A stretch of 64,000 bases of DNA from Patescibacteria group bacterium (GCA_038064495.1 JBBTSZ010000002.1:216934-280933); one strand, 5' to 3'. Shown: positions 9,419 to 19,448, numbered from the stretch's first letter. Made by a program: numbers and translations. Notes: a model not told the origin generated them from the letters alone.

Positions 9419-10564
9419 TTACACAACCGCACGGAGTCGATCTATGAGTGAATCAAGTGGAATAAACGTTTCGGTGTGGGTAGAGCGCTCGCGCAGAATG
9501 ACGGAGCGTTCAAGGGCTTCCTTGCGTCCCATAATAAGGAGGTACGGAGGATTCAAATTGTCGGCAAAGCGCATTTGCTCGGTAAGTGACTCAATACCAA
9601 TGGCCTGGGTCATCGGAATGCGCGCATGACGAAGCTGGTCAGCCATCTTCATGCTTTCACGCTTTGCTTCCTCGCCAATATGTACGAAAACAAAACGAGG
9701 ATGTTTCGTTTCTTTCGGAGCAACGACCGCAGAACGTTCTTCGGTTGCAATATGAATGACCGCACCCACAGAAGAGAAACTGTTCTTAAAGAAATGCTTT
9801 GAAAGCTCAGTGTAGCGAGAGCCCCATGCCTGAATGGACGCATCGGTGAGTATTTCAAAACACGTTTCCGACCAGGACATGCCACGAGAAAGAATATCGG
9901 GTGCGAGTTCGTACGGCGTATCCGTTGCTTCAAGGTATTCAAGGACACCTTCAAAGTGTTTTCGGCTTGCTTCAGAGAGGTGATCCGTTGGGGAAGGAAT
10001 ATCGCATTCGAGTCCCTCACATTTCGTGAGGCGCTCAGCAGCCTCAAACACGTCGGTGCGTGCGCAGGTGACGCAATCAGCAGGAAGGATTGGTCCGTTC
10101 TTTCTGAAGAAGGTGGTGAGTTCGCGTGCAAAGCGACTTCGCGTCTCCTTGTCTCCCATAGAGTTGAGGCGAAGACGCGGCTCGTGTTTCGTGATGTCTC
10201 CAATGAACGAGCGCACCGCGCGAATGAGTACGGCGTCAGCAATCGCGTGGTCCACACCAAAGGCATGAAACTGTACGACGATGCCTTTCGGCGACGTGCG
10301 ACCCGGTGCAATGTTTGTGTGCCAGAGAAAGACGGGGGAAAGGGTAGACGGAGCAATACCGTTGTCGCGCATTTGCTTGAGAAGACCTGCGACATCGCGT
10401 GCTGCTGGGTCTAGCTTATCAAGGTTGATACTCTCAGGGTGAGCACCCTTAGTCTTCGTTCCTTTTTTCTTAGAGGAGAGTGAAGCAAGCGACGAGAACC
10501 CATAGTAATTTCCGACGGCATGTGCCCGGCGGAGTATGTCAGTTGGGCTCGCGATGGTACTCAT
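9419..10564 (-). CDS. degenerate histidyl-tRNA synthetase paralog with C-terminal HGTP anticodon-binding domain
   Basis: DAVLI, LRLNSMGDKETR, PTDHLSEAS, LSRG...TCFEI, GSRY, and class IIa anticodon domain; motif-2 Arg residues missing. Confidence 0.7.
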   Translation of the reverse strand: MSTIASPTDILRRAHAVGNYYGFSSLASLSSKKKGTKTKGAHPESINLDKLDPAARDVAGLLKQMRDNGIAPSTLSPVFLWHTNIAPGRTSPKGIVVQFHAFGVDHAIADAVLIRAVRSFIGDITKHEPRLRLNSMGDKETRSRFARELTTFFRKNGPILPADCVTCARTDVFEAAERLTKCEGLECDIPSPTDHLSEASRKHFEGVLEYLEATDTPYELAPDILSRGMSWSETCFEILTDASIQAWGSRYTELSKHFFKNSFSSVGAVIHIATEERSAVVAPKETKHPRFVFVHIGEEAKRESMKMADQLRHARIPMTQAIGIESLTEQMRFADNLNPPYLLIMGRKEALERSVILRERSTHTETFIPLDSLIDRLRAVV

Positions 10565-11112
10565 TGCGGTTCGGTTACGGCGCCGGGTAGCGTGCCCACT
10601 TTGTTGAAAGGAAGGAGGCGCAGATACGCGCGTCCCATGATATTTGCTTTTGGTAGAGGGCCCCAGATACGTGAGTCGCTACTGCGTGGGCGGTTATCAC
10701 CCATGACGAAGTACTGTTCAGTACCAAGTGTGGTGTCCTGGGTGTACGTAGCGTCTTCAGCGACGACGTAGGACTCGTTCAAGGTCACCGTAGAACCATC
10801 CGTCTTGGTGACGGTGGTCTGCCCATGGTCTATGTGTACGGTCTCACCAGGTAGACCAATGATGCGCTTAATATAGAAGACGTTTGGGTCTCCCGGATAG
10901 CGGAAAATAATCACGTCACCACGTTTTGGTGCAGAAAAATGATAGGAGAACTCATCCACGATGAGATAATCAGAACTTTCAAACGTCGGATGCATTGATT
11001 CGCCTTCAACCACGAATGGTTGTGCGACGAACAAACGGATGGGGACGACGATGATAACAGCGAGAACGATGAACGTAAGAATCTCCTTGAACGCGCTCTC
11101 GAGGAACTTCAT
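10561..11112 (-). CDS. lepB: signal peptidase I
   Basis: GESMHPT, RGDVIIF, YIKRIIGLPGE, GDNRPRSSDSR. Confidence 0.95.
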   Translation of the reverse strand: MKFLESAFKEILTFIVLAVIIVVPIRLFVAQPFVVEGESMHPTFESSDYLIVDEFSYHFSAPKRGDVIIFRYPGDPNVFYIKRIIGLPGETVHIDHGQTTVTKTDGSTVTLNESYVVAEDATYTQDTTLGTEQYFVMGDNRPRSSDSRIWGPLPKANIMGRAYLRLLPFNKVGTLPGAVTEPQ

Positions 11113-11161
11113 GTGAGGGTATTGTAGTCTTAGTTTTCTTTCCGTCAAATGTTGCGCTCGC

Positions 11162-11303
11162 GATGTTTGATTTTGTGGTACGCGTCGCCTCAATCAGCGA
11201 CTCGGCACGCTCACTCTCGCTGCAACAAATGTGCTCGCAGCCGCCTTTCGGCTCGCACATTACCATGCTGTTGCAGCTGCGAGAGCCCACAAAATCAAAC
11301 ATC
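11162..11303. repeat. dispersed palindromic element family 2, copy 1
   Basis: 17-bp GATGTTTGATTTTGTGG/CCACAAAATCAAACATC stem; core shared with 34753-34901. Confidence 0.8.
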
Positions 11304-11376
11304 ACTCGCTTCGGGGCACTGTCTATTGGACGCTTCAGTGAGACATGCTAGGTTCTAGCTAGAAAGGAGGCGTACA

Positions 11377-11538
11377 ATGTCTGACAATAAACGTACTCTG
11401 CAAGAAATTGCAGATGATTCCGGTCTCTCGAAGACTGAACTGACCAAACAAGCTATCAGTCTGCTTGCAAGCGCTGACACACCTGAAAAGCGTGCCCAGA
11501 TTATTAGGTTGGCAAGCAACGACTCTCTTGAAGAATAG
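11377..11538 (+). CDS. small CopG/ribbon-helix-helix-like protein, 53 aa (below cutoff)
   Basis: AAAGGAGG SD; MSDNKRTLQEIADDSGLSKTELTKQAISLLAS...; hairpin 11558-11579 follows. Confidence 0.6.
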   Translation: MSDNKRTLQEIADDSGLSKTELTKQAISLLASADTPEKRAQIIRLASNDSLEE

Positions 11539-11585
11539 TTTCAATTTTGAAAACAATGAGGCGGCCATGTGGCCGCCTCAAGTCT

Positions 11586-11843
11586 TTATAGTGCGGAGAG
11601 TATTTGCCCGTGGAGCCACGCCTTGGCCAACGTGGCTTGTGCATCGGTGAGTTCGGCTCGATGAACGAACTGCGCATTAATGCTTACCGCACGATCACCT
11701 TTCGTAAGGCGCGGGTTCGTCTCGAACCACCCGACGAAATCGTTAGTCGAAAAAATCCGGAGCTCAAAACGCTTTTCATCCGGTTGCACACCAGTACCTG
11801 ACCGCACGTATAGATCATGAGAAGCAAGATCTTTCATCACCAT
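11586..11843 (-). CDS. hypothetical protein, 85 aa
   Basis: GGGAG SD, upstream TATACT; shares hairpin 11558-11579. Confidence 0.55.
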   Translation of the reverse strand: MVMKDLASHDLYVRSGTGVQPDEKRFELRIFSTNDFVGWFETNPRLTKGDRAVSINAQFVHRAELTDAQATLAKAWLHGQILSAL

Positions 11844-11913
11844 TCTCCCTGGAGCTATTCCAAAGTCTAAGTATAACAGTCACCGCGGACCCGTTACTAA
11901 ACGAAATGGTAGT

Positions 11914-12519
11914 ATGGCGGGAATGGCATACGTCATCATCGGTCTCGGAAATCCGGGAAAAGAATACGCAAAAACACGCCACAACGCGGGACGTATGGCG
12001 GCGGAGAAACTCCAAAAAGAATTTGGCTTTGATGATTTTGCGCTTCGTAAGTCGGCGCAGTCACTGGTGAGCGAAGGAGCGATTGAAGGCGAGAAAGTAG
12101 TGCTTGTTCTTCCTGAAGTGTTTATGAATCTTTCTGGGAAAGTCATTCCAAGTTTTGTAAAAAGCAAACCAGCTGCAAAAAAATTACTCATCATTCGCGA
12201 TGAGCTTGATATGCCACTTGGCACTATGAAAATGACCTTTGGACGGGGAAGTGGAGGACACAAAGGTGCTGAGAGCATCATGCGCGCACTCAAGACAAAA
12301 GAGTTTGCTCAAATCAAGATTGGTATTTCAGGATCCACAGCAAAAGGTAAGGTAAAGAAACCAGGGAGTGAAGAAAAAGTTATTAAGCACGTGATAGGGA
12401 AGTGGAAGCCGGAGGAAGAAACGAAACTCAGGAAGATGTTGAAAAAAACACAAGAAGCAACGGAACACTTCATTGCCGGAGACATAGAAAAAGCGATGCT
12501 CGTCGCGAATACAAAATAG
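11914..12519 (+). CDS. pth: peptidyl-tRNA hydrolase
   Basis: IIGLGNPG, TRHNAG, FMNLSG, DELD, GGHKG. Confidence 0.95.
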   Translation: MAGMAYVIIGLGNPGKEYAKTRHNAGRMAAEKLQKEFGFDDFALRKSAQSLVSEGAIEGEKVVLVLPEVFMNLSGKVIPSFVKSKPAAKKLLIIRDELDMPLGTMKMTFGRGSGGHKGAESIMRALKTKEFAQIKIGISGSTAKGKVKKPGSEEKVIKHVIGKWKPEEETKLRKMLKKTQEATEHFIAGDIEKAMLVANTK

Positions 12520-12547
12520 AAAAATGCCCCAATGGGGCATTTTTCTA

Positions 12548-12670
12548 TAGGACTCTCAAAAAATTTCAGATGCGAGGCGCTGGCGAGGAGCGAAGCGAGT
12601 CGTATGTGCTATACGGTGAGCTGCTACCTGCGCCAGCAACAAAGCAGGTGAAGGATTTTTGAGAGGACTA
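12548..12670 (+). repeat. dispersed palindromic element family 1, copy C
   Basis: CTCTCAAAAA/TTTTTGAGAG, CAGATGCGAGGCGC...GCAACAAAGCAG, CGTAT/ATACG. Confidence 0.85.
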
Positions 12671-12671
12671 C

Positions 12672-13799
12672 CTACTTCTTTTTTGGGTCGACATAGGTAA
12701 GTGTCATTCGCTGGTCCTTCGGCTCAAAGAGCGTGATGGTGAAGGGATAACTCTTGCCAAGTTCAAGTGACTCGCGTAATGCAGCAGGGGAGTCGAACTC
12801 ACTGATGTGGACGAGTCCAGCAACACCCTCCTCAATGGAAGCGAGTGCACCATGCTTGTTGTACTTGATGATGACACCGGAAACTTCCATACCCTTCTTG
12901 TAGCGATCGCTTGCGGTCTTCCATGGGTTCTCCTTGAGTGCCTTGATGGAAAGGGAAATCTTTCCGTCTTTGATCTCAATTACCTTTACGGAGACCTTGT
13001 CGCCAACGGTGAAGAGGGTACGAGGGTCTTCCACAAGGCCCCAATCAAGCTCGCTGATGTGCACGAGGCCTTCAAGACCCTGCTCGAGCTTTACGAAGAC
13101 ACCGAAGTCAACAGCTCCCGTTATCTCACCTTCAATCACGTCCCCAACTTGGTACTTATCAATGAGGTTTGCTTTCTCCTGCTCCTCGTCGCCTGCGCGC
13201 TCAGAGAAGATAAGTTTTCCTTCCTTAGCATCTGCCGTGATAATGCGGACCGGAAGGGCAACACCGACAAGCTTGAGAAGTTCTCCAAAGATTTTTTCTT
13301 TGTCTCCCTCAGGTACACGTGGGTAGTGCTCCTTAGCAAGCTGACTTGCTGGGAGGAAGCCCTGGATACCTTGCCATGAAAGGATGAGGCCACCTTTGTT
13401 TGCTTCTTCAACGGTGAGGTTGTAGACCACCTGTCCTGCGATAGCCTGTTCAGCTTCGCCCCAGATAGCAGCCTGACGAGCTTCCTTAAGTGAAAGTTCG
13501 ATGTAGCCATCAATGCCCGCAGCGTCAACGACTTTTGCCGTGATGAGGTCTCCTGGGTTTGCTTTACGAAGGACGTCAGCAGCGTTGAGGTACTCGCGAC
13601 CATAAATGATGCCGGTACCAAACGGTGGCAAGTCTACGTAGAGGCGTCCACGAACAAGCTCAATAATAGTGCCCTCCACCAAATCACCGGGACGCGGTGG
13701 GGTAGGGATGCTCTCAATAAGCCCCGCCATCGGGTGCTCAGGAGCAAGTACAATAGTGTTGACCACCAAAGGCGCGGCCTTCTTCTCTTCAGTTTCCAT
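12672..13799 (-). CDS. rpsA: 30S ribosomal protein S1 (4 S1 domains)
   Basis: GFLPASQ, FGVFV..GLEGLVHISE repeats. Confidence 0.93.
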   Translation of the reverse strand: METEEKKAAPLVVNTIVLAPEHPMAGLIESIPTPPRPGDLVEGTIIELVRGRLYVDLPPFGTGIIYGREYLNAADVLRKANPGDLITAKVVDAAGIDGYIELSLKEARQAAIWGEAEQAIAGQVVYNLTVEEANKGGLILSWQGIQGFLPASQLAKEHYPRVPEGDKEKIFGELLKLVGVALPVRIITADAKEGKLIFSERAGDEEQEKANLIDKYQVGDVIEGEITGAVDFGVFVKLEQGLEGLVHISELDWGLVEDPRTLFTVGDKVSVKVIEIKDGKISLSIKALKENPWKTASDRYKKGMEVSGVIIKYNKHGALASIEEGVAGLVHISEFDSPAALRESLELGKSYPFTITLFEPKDQRMTLTYVDPKKK

Positions 13800-13857
13800 A
13801 ATCTTTTATAGGGCGAAATTAAAAATTTCGCGTGTAGCGGGACTTTTGTGGAGGGTA

Positions 13858-13895
13858 TCCAGCCCCAGATTGAGAAAATCCAATCTGGGGCTGGA
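13858..13895. promoter_or_regulatory. 15-bp perfect hairpin in the rpsA 5' leader
   Basis: TCCAGCCCCAGATTG/CAATCTGGGGCTGGA. Confidence 0.6.
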
Positions 13896-13965
13896 GGTTA
13901 GCCCACACACGACTCGTCAGACGCTGTAAATGAACCTACGGAATATAGCAAAGAGTGAGGAAAAT

Positions 13966-14259
13966 GAAAAGGCCCGGACGTAAACGTCCGGGCCTCCTGT
14001 GCAACCACACCCATTTTCAAGGGGGGGGGCGAAAAACGAGCAGGGAAGCACAAGCTCTTTGCTAGGCATTGGGCGCCGGCGATTTCCTAGATCGCGGCCG
14101 ACGCCGCCAGGCCGGCTGGTGAAGATGATGTGATCGCAGTATCCGCGCGATCGAAGCCACAAAAAAAGATTCCGTCGAAAACGACGATGTTCACGGTGAA
14201 CGCATCCTTCTTCTCCTCGTTCGAGTCCTGTCTTCCCGCACAGTTGCGGGCACCTGGAC
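13966..14259 (-). ncRNA. candidate structured non-coding (or micro-peptide) transcript
   Basis: TTGACA-16-TAACTT promoter, several hairpins, terminal AGGCCCGGACG/CGTCCGGGCCT plus T tract; no convincing ORF. Confidence 0.35.
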
Positions 14260-14299
14260 CAAGGCAAGTTACCACAACCTTTTTCCTTGTCAAGTAAGG

Positions 14300-14308
14300 T
14301 GTGGATAA
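14300..14308 (-). promoter_or_regulatory. perfect DnaA box
   Basis: TTATCCACA on minus strand, 6 nt upstream of the TTGACA at 14288-14293. Confidence 0.45.
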
Positions 14309-14569
14309 CTTTTATCGCTGAAACGAGATGGTGGGGGACTCAGCCGTAGGAATCTTATTCTAGGCTCTATTCCTTACATTGCACTACCTCATATACTCGT
14401 ACACGAGCTTGCAGGCATATGGTACTGCGCCACGTACACCGCGTTTCCTGAATAAAAAAGCGTTCCAACTCCCCTGCTAAAATCCCACTTCCGACTCCCC
14501 TATTTCTTTGGTTTTTGGCGCTCCGAAGACTCGTTTTTTGGCTTACTTTATGCTATAATCCCCTTATAT

Positions 14570-15211
14570 ATGGTTATTACGCACCACGGCGGTCAGTGTT
14601 TCAAAGTCACCTTTGGTGACTTGACCCTTGTGTTTGACCCAATTTCTAAGAAAGGCTCCGTCCCAGCTGTTCGCTTTGGAGCCGACATCGCTCTTGTATC
14701 TCGCAATCATCCGAACATGAATGGTATTGAGGAAGTCTCATTTGGTGGCAAGGAGACGTTTGCTATCACGGGTCCGGGTGAATATGAGCACTCCGGCGTC
14801 ACTATCCAGGGCTTTTTGACCAAGAGTGAATACGACCTCCCGAAAAATCAGGACGAGGCGGTGAACACGGTGTACGCCGTAAATCTTGAAGGTATGACGC
14901 TCGTACACCTCGGAGCGCTCAACGAACCGATGCTTTCGCACGAAGCACGAGAAGCCATTGATGAAATAGACGTGCTCTTCGTACCCATCGGAGGCGATGG
15001 CGTCCTGGATAGTGCACAAGCGGCAAAGCTTGCCGTGACGCTTGAACCACGCATCATTATCCCTATGCACTGGAGTGGTATGGGCGCACCAAAGTCTCTT
15101 GAAGCGTATTTGAAGGAGGAAGGTGAAGGAGCCGAAAAAATGGATAAACTGACGCTCAAGAAAAAAGACACAGCAGACAAAGACGGTGCTATTATTGTAA
15201 TCACGCCTTAG
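14570..15211 (+). CDS. MBL-fold protein (Lactamase_B_3-like) with degenerate metal ligands
   Basis: GQCFKV, FDP, GPGEYE, IDVLFVPIGG, IIIPMH. Confidence 0.8.
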   Translation: MVITHHGGQCFKVTFGDLTLVFDPISKKGSVPAVRFGADIALVSRNHPNMNGIEEVSFGGKETFAITGPGEYEHSGVTIQGFLTKSEYDLPKNQDEAVNTVYAVNLEGMTLVHLGALNEPMLSHEAREAIDEIDVLFVPIGGDGVLDSAQAAKLAVTLEPRIIIPMHWSGMGAPKSLEAYLKEEGEGAEKMDKLTLKKKDTADKDGAIIVITP

Positions 15212-15213
15212 AT

Positions 15214-15573
15214 ATGGAAACTCGTCGCGTCCACGAAGTCGTCCATGGTCTCCGCCAGAAACCGGAGCATGTGCGGGAGCGCATTGCCCTTCTGACCGCT
15301 GCCGGTAGCACCCTTGTCGTTGCACTCGGTTGGTTCGGTGTCATGAGTACGACGGGAGCTTTTTCTCTTGCACCAAATCTTCCCGCAAGCGACATTGCGC
15401 AAACGAAATCAAGTGTGACTGACGAGACGAACTTCAAAGCGCTTCTTGGAGCTGCGGGAGCTGCGATGGGAGCAACTTCTACCGCGCCAAACATTAAAGT
15501 CGTTGATACCAAGTCCTACTCCACGCTTGATGCGCCAACCCCCCCGCAAGATCAGACCGTCATTCATTTTTAA
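15214..15573 (+). CDS. hypothetical single-pass membrane protein
   Basis: LRQKPEHVRERIA followed by a TM helix; operonic. Confidence 0.7.
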   Translation: METRRVHEVVHGLRQKPEHVRERIALLTAAGSTLVVALGWFGVMSTTGAFSLAPNLPASDIAQTKSSVTDETNFKALLGAAGAAMGATSTAPNIKVVDTKSYSTLDAPTPPQDQTVIHF

Positions 15574-15697
15574 GAACATGCCTAAAAATTCCATCTGCTT
15601 CGTTATGGGTCCCCATCACCTCATCCGCCGTATAGCACATACGTCTACTTCGGTGACGTACCTATGCCTCGCATCTGGAGCTTTTTTGGCATGTTCT
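15573..15697 (-). repeat. dispersed palindromic element family 1, copy D
   Basis: minus strand reads CCAGATGCGAGGCAT...CGTATGTGCTATACG...ATAACGAAGCAGATGG inside AGAACATGCC/GGCATGTTCT. Confidence 0.85.
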
Positions 15698-15709
15698 AGC
15701 TAGTTATTT

Positions 15710-18178
15710 ATGGCAAAGAAAGTTGAAGTAGAGGGAGTAGCACCCGAGCCACGCGTGAGCGTGATTGATCAGTCCATTGTGGCTGAGATGCGTTCTAGCT
15801 ATTTGGATTACGCAATGTCCGTTATTACGAGTCGTGCACTCCCAGACGTACGTGATGGATTGAAGCCGGTACATCGCCGCATTCTGTTTTCCATGAAGCA
15901 GAACGGACTCACCGCATCTGCAAAGTTTCGTAAATCAGCAACCGTGGTGGGAGACGTGCTTGGTTCGTACCATCCGCATGGAGACGTTGCGGTGTACGAT
16001 GCGATGGTGAAGCTTGCGCAGGATTTCTCTACGCGCTATCCACTCGTACTTGGACAGGGAAACTTTGGTTCCATTGATGGCGACCCACCTGCTGCGTATC
16101 GCTACACCGAGGCAAAGATGTCACGCATTGCTGAGGAACTCCTCAAAGACCTTGATAAGGAAACGGTTGAGTGGGCGCCGAACTATGACGGTAGTAAGAA
16201 TGAGCCGACCGTGCTTCCTGCCGCCATTCCAAATCTCCTTTTAAACGGCACCTTGGGTATTGCGGTTGGTATGGCGACGAACATTCCTCCGCACAACCTG
16301 CGTGAGGTGGTTGAGGCAACCATGCATTTGATAGAGAACCCAGACGCGTCGGTGGACGACCTCCTCAAGTTTGTGAAAGGTCCTGATTTTCCACTCGGTG
16401 CGATTGCGTTCAATCAGTCAGACATTAAGCACGCCTACACGACCGGTAAGGGTGGCGTGGTCGTACGTGGGGAAGCCGACATTGTGGAAGATAAGAAGGG
16501 AACGCAAATCATCATCACTTCCCTACCATTTCGTGTAAACAAAGCTGACCTCATTACCCGTATCGCAGACCTCGTGCGCGATAAGAAGCTTGAAGGCATC
16601 AAAGACCTTCGTGATGAGTCTGCGGCGGATATACGCGTGGTCGTGGAGATGAAGGGCTCAGCGCATCCACAAACGGTCTTGAACTCGCTTTACAAGCACA
16701 CCGAGCTAGAAAGCACCTTCCACTACAACATGCTCGCGCTCGTGGATGGCGTTCCGCAGACCCTCTCTCTCAAGGGCATGCTTGAGAATTTCATCGCGCA
16801 TCGTCAGGTGGTGGTGAAGCGTCGTACCGAGTACGACCTTCGGAAGGCAGAAGAGCGTGAGCACATTCTCCTTGGTCTCTCTAAGGCGCTGGACCATATT
16901 GATGAGGTCATTAAAATTATCCGCGCATCAAAGGACGTTCCGACGGCGTCTGCAGCGCTCATAAAAAAATTCGCTTTTACGCCTATACAGACGGCAGCCA
17001 TCCTTGCCATGCGTCTCCAGACACTTGCCGGTCTTGAACGCAAGAAGATTGAGGACGAGCTTGCTGAGATTCAAGAACTCATCAAGAGGCTCAAGAAAAT
17101 CCTTTCATCCCTCAAAAATATTCTTGACGTCGTGAAGGCGGAACTCTCGGAAGTTTCAGAGAAATACGGTGACGAGCGACGTACAAAGATAGTAAAAGGT
17201 GGCGTTAAAAACATTTCCGTAGAAGATTTGATTGCGGACGATGAGTCCGTGCTTGTACTTACTGCAGGTGGCTACGTGAAGCGTACGAATCCGGACGAAT
17301 ACAAAGCGCAGAAACGTGGCGGCGTGGGTGTGATTGATATGTCCACGAAGGAAGAAGATGTGGTAACACACTTCCTCGTAGCGTCTGCACACTCGGACCT
17401 CCTCTTCTTTACGGACAAAGGCAAGGCATATCAAACAAAAATGTATGACATTCCGGAGGGACGTCGCGCCACAAAAGGAAAGTCCATTATGAATTTCCTT
17501 CCGCTTGCGGCTGACGAAAAAGTAACGAGTGTCCTTCCGGTACCAAAGGGTGCAGCGCGTGACGCGATGAGTGTCTTTTTTGTAACGAGTGAAGGCGTCG
17601 TGAAGAAAGTGGAAGCAAAGAATTTTGCTGATGTACGTCGTTCCGGCATTATTGCGATTGCGCTCAAGGGTTCCGACAAGCTCGTTTCCGCGTCGCTTTC
17701 AGGCGATGGGGACTCAATGTCCATCGTGACGTCAAAGGGCCAGTCCATTCGTTTTGATGAGTCAGATGTGCGAGCAATGGGACGAACGGCCGCAGGTGTG
17801 CGCGGTATGACTGTCAAAAAGGACGATTATGTCGTTTCTGCTGAGGTGGTCTCTGGTATGGAGAAAGGAGCAACACTTTTGGTGATTATGGATAAGGGAT
17901 ACGGAAAGAAAACAGTACTGTCTGAATACAAGATTCAAGGACGCGGTGGTTCCGGTATCAAGACCGCCGAAGTAACTTCGAAGACGGGAAGTATCATTGG
18001 CGCGAAGGTCATTTCCGGTGACGTAGAAAAGGCAGAAGAGATTGTCGTCATCTCAAAGAAAGGACAGGTCATCCGCTGTTCTGCAGGAGAGATTCCTTCC
18101 CTATCACGCGCGACCCAGGGCGTGCGGATTATGAAGATGCGGGAGGGCGATTCGATCGCTAGTATGGTAGCGCTGTAA
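15710..18178 (+). CDS. gyrA: DNA gyrase subunit A
   Basis: YHPHGD, AAYRYTE, GyrA-box QKRGGVG, C-terminal pinwheel repeats. Confidence 0.98.
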   Translation: MAKKVEVEGVAPEPRVSVIDQSIVAEMRSSYLDYAMSVITSRALPDVRDGLKPVHRRILFSMKQNGLTASAKFRKSATVVGDVLGSYHPHGDVAVYDAMVKLAQDFSTRYPLVLGQGNFGSIDGDPPAAYRYTEAKMSRIAEELLKDLDKETVEWAPNYDGSKNEPTVLPAAIPNLLLNGTLGIAVGMATNIPPHNLREVVEATMHLIENPDASVDDLLKFVKGPDFPLGAIAFNQSDIKHAYTTGKGGVVVRGEADIVEDKKGTQIIITSLPFRVNKADLITRIADLVRDKKLEGIKDLRDESAADIRVVVEMKGSAHPQTVLNSLYKHTELESTFHYNMLALVDGVPQTLSLKGMLENFIAHRQVVVKRRTEYDLRKAEEREHILLGLSKALDHIDEVIKIIRASKDVPTASAALIKKFAFTPIQTAAILAMRLQTLAGLERKKIEDELAEIQELIKRLKKILSSLKNILDVVKAELSEVSEKYGDERRTKIVKGGVKNISVEDLIADDESVLVLTAGGYVKRTNPDEYKAQKRGGVGVIDMSTKEEDVVTHFLVASAHSDLLFFTDKGKAYQTKMYDIPEGRRATKGKSIMNFLPLAADEKVTSVLPVPKGAARDAMSVFFVTSEGVVKKVEAKNFADVRRSGIIAIALKGSDKLVSASLSGDGDSMSIVTSKGQSIRFDESDVRAMGRTAAGVRGMTVKKDDYVVSAEVVSGMEKGATLLVIMDKGYGKKTVLSEYKIQGRGGSGIKTAEVTSKTGSIIGAKVISGDVEKAEEIVVISKKGQVIRCSAGEIPSLSRATQGVRIMKMREGDSIASMVAL

Positions 18179-18228
18179 TCGCACCCTTCGTTTGCTTGTG
18201 CTAAAGTGCGCTCGGAAAGGAGATGCAC

Positions 18229-18720
18229 ATGAGGAGAAAACGAGCTCCGGTGCGGGCGTGTGGCGGATGCACTGCCTGCTGCAAAACGCACGAGGTACGA
18301 AAAGTGCTGAAAAAGCCGCCAGGTGAGTGGTGCACGCACTGTGAACAAGGAGTCGGATGTCATATATATGAGACCCGGCCACAGCCATGCAAAGTCTATG
18401 AGTGTGCGTGGGCACAAGGACATGGAACCGAAGCGGAGCGTCCGGACAAATGCGGTGTCGTCGTTGATGTACAGAGAACACCGAATCAACATCTTGCTTT
18501 CGTTTGTATCTGGGAGGTTGAGGAGGGTGAAGTTGAGAAGGAGTACGCACAACAGCAACGGAAGTGGTATTTGAATCACGGCATGTGCGTACTGTTTGTA
18601 CGGTTACAAGGAAGCCGTACCGTGACTTTTCCGTTGGAAGTCCCATTCACGCAAGCACTGAAGGATGATTTTCTTGCGCTTGGGGTTACTCGTCTTCAAC
18701 GCTTGCAGCGAGTTGGGTGA
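18229..18720 (+). CDS. CxxCxxCC cysteine-cluster protein (YkgJ-like)
   Basis: CGGCTACC, WCTHC, CHIYETRPQPCKVYEC; AAGGAG SD. Confidence 0.8.
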   Translation: MRRKRAPVRACGGCTACCKTHEVRKVLKKPPGEWCTHCEQGVGCHIYETRPQPCKVYECAWAQGHGTEAERPDKCGVVVDVQRTPNQHLAFVCIWEVEEGEVEKEYAQQQRKWYLNHGMCVLFVRLQGSRTVTFPLEVPFTQALKDDFLALGVTRLQRLQRVG

Positions 18721-18768
18721 ATAACGGGCCGCCACTACCGGCGGCCCGTGTTATTTTTACAGTATGCA

Positions 18769-18879
18769 TCCCGTTAGAAATCGCGGACGCTCATCTACAT
18801 ACAACATGATCGACATTTATAGAACTAATCGAGTGGGGTACGGAGGCACGAAGCTGTCCGCGTCCTATTTCTAACGGGA
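18769..18879. mobile_element. 111-bp MITE-like element with 13-bp TIRs and TGCA target duplication
   Basis: TCCCGTTAGAAAT...ATTTCTAACGGGA flanked by TGCA on both sides; inner CGCGGAC/GTCCGCG stem. Confidence 0.7.
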
Positions 18880-19421
18880 TGCACCTTGCAGATCTCTTTA
18901 GTAATCCGACAAAAAACGTACTACAGATGGGGCTCACTGAAGGTATGAAAGTCGGAGACTTAGGCGCAGGTTCTGGACACTATGCGCTTGCCGCTGCACA
19001 TCTTGTGGGGCCATCCGGTCGTGTCTACGCGCTTGATGTCCAAGAAGATATCTTGAAGCACATCCGGGACGCGGCAAAAGAAAAAAAGCTACAGAATATT
19101 GAGACTATCTGGGGCGATTTCCAGTATCCAGGCGGTACGCGTCTTACCGATCATATTCTTGATGCGGTTATATTATCTAATACCCTGTTTCAAGTAGAAG
19201 AAAAACAAACGGCAGTTGCTGAAATGAGACGGATATTGAAACCGGGTGGCAAGGTGCTCGTATGTGACTGGGCCGGAAGTTACAGTGGTATGGGTCCGCA
19301 TCCCGAACACATTGTGTCAGAACATGATGCCGAAGAATTGTTCATCACGGCTGGTTTTCATAAGACGAAAACGTGGCGTGGCGGCCCACATCATTACGCA
19401 ATACTATTTATGTCTCCCTAA
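18879..19421 (+). CDS. class I SAM-dependent methyltransferase
   Basis: VGDLGAGSG, VYALD, RILKPGG. Confidence 0.9.
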   Translation: MHLADLFSNPTKNVLQMGLTEGMKVGDLGAGSGHYALAAAHLVGPSGRVYALDVQEDILKHIRDAAKEKKLQNIETIWGDFQYPGGTRLTDHILDAVILSNTLFQVEEKQTAVAEMRRILKPGGKVLVCDWAGSYSGMGPHPEHIVSEHDAEELFITAGFHKTKTWRGGPHHYAILFMSP

Positions 19422-19448
19422 CAGGGAGACACGTGCTACCTTTTCTAT

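Noticed and set aside
14225-14260. Cobalamin riboswitch (CCCGCAACTGT, GGGAAG)
   Set aside because: The motif lies inside a simple hairpin; the AGGGAA/T-loop and 3' B12-box elements are missing
14300-14560. Replication origin
   Set aside because: Only one perfect DnaA box; no cluster, no clear AT-rich unwinding element, no dnaA nearby
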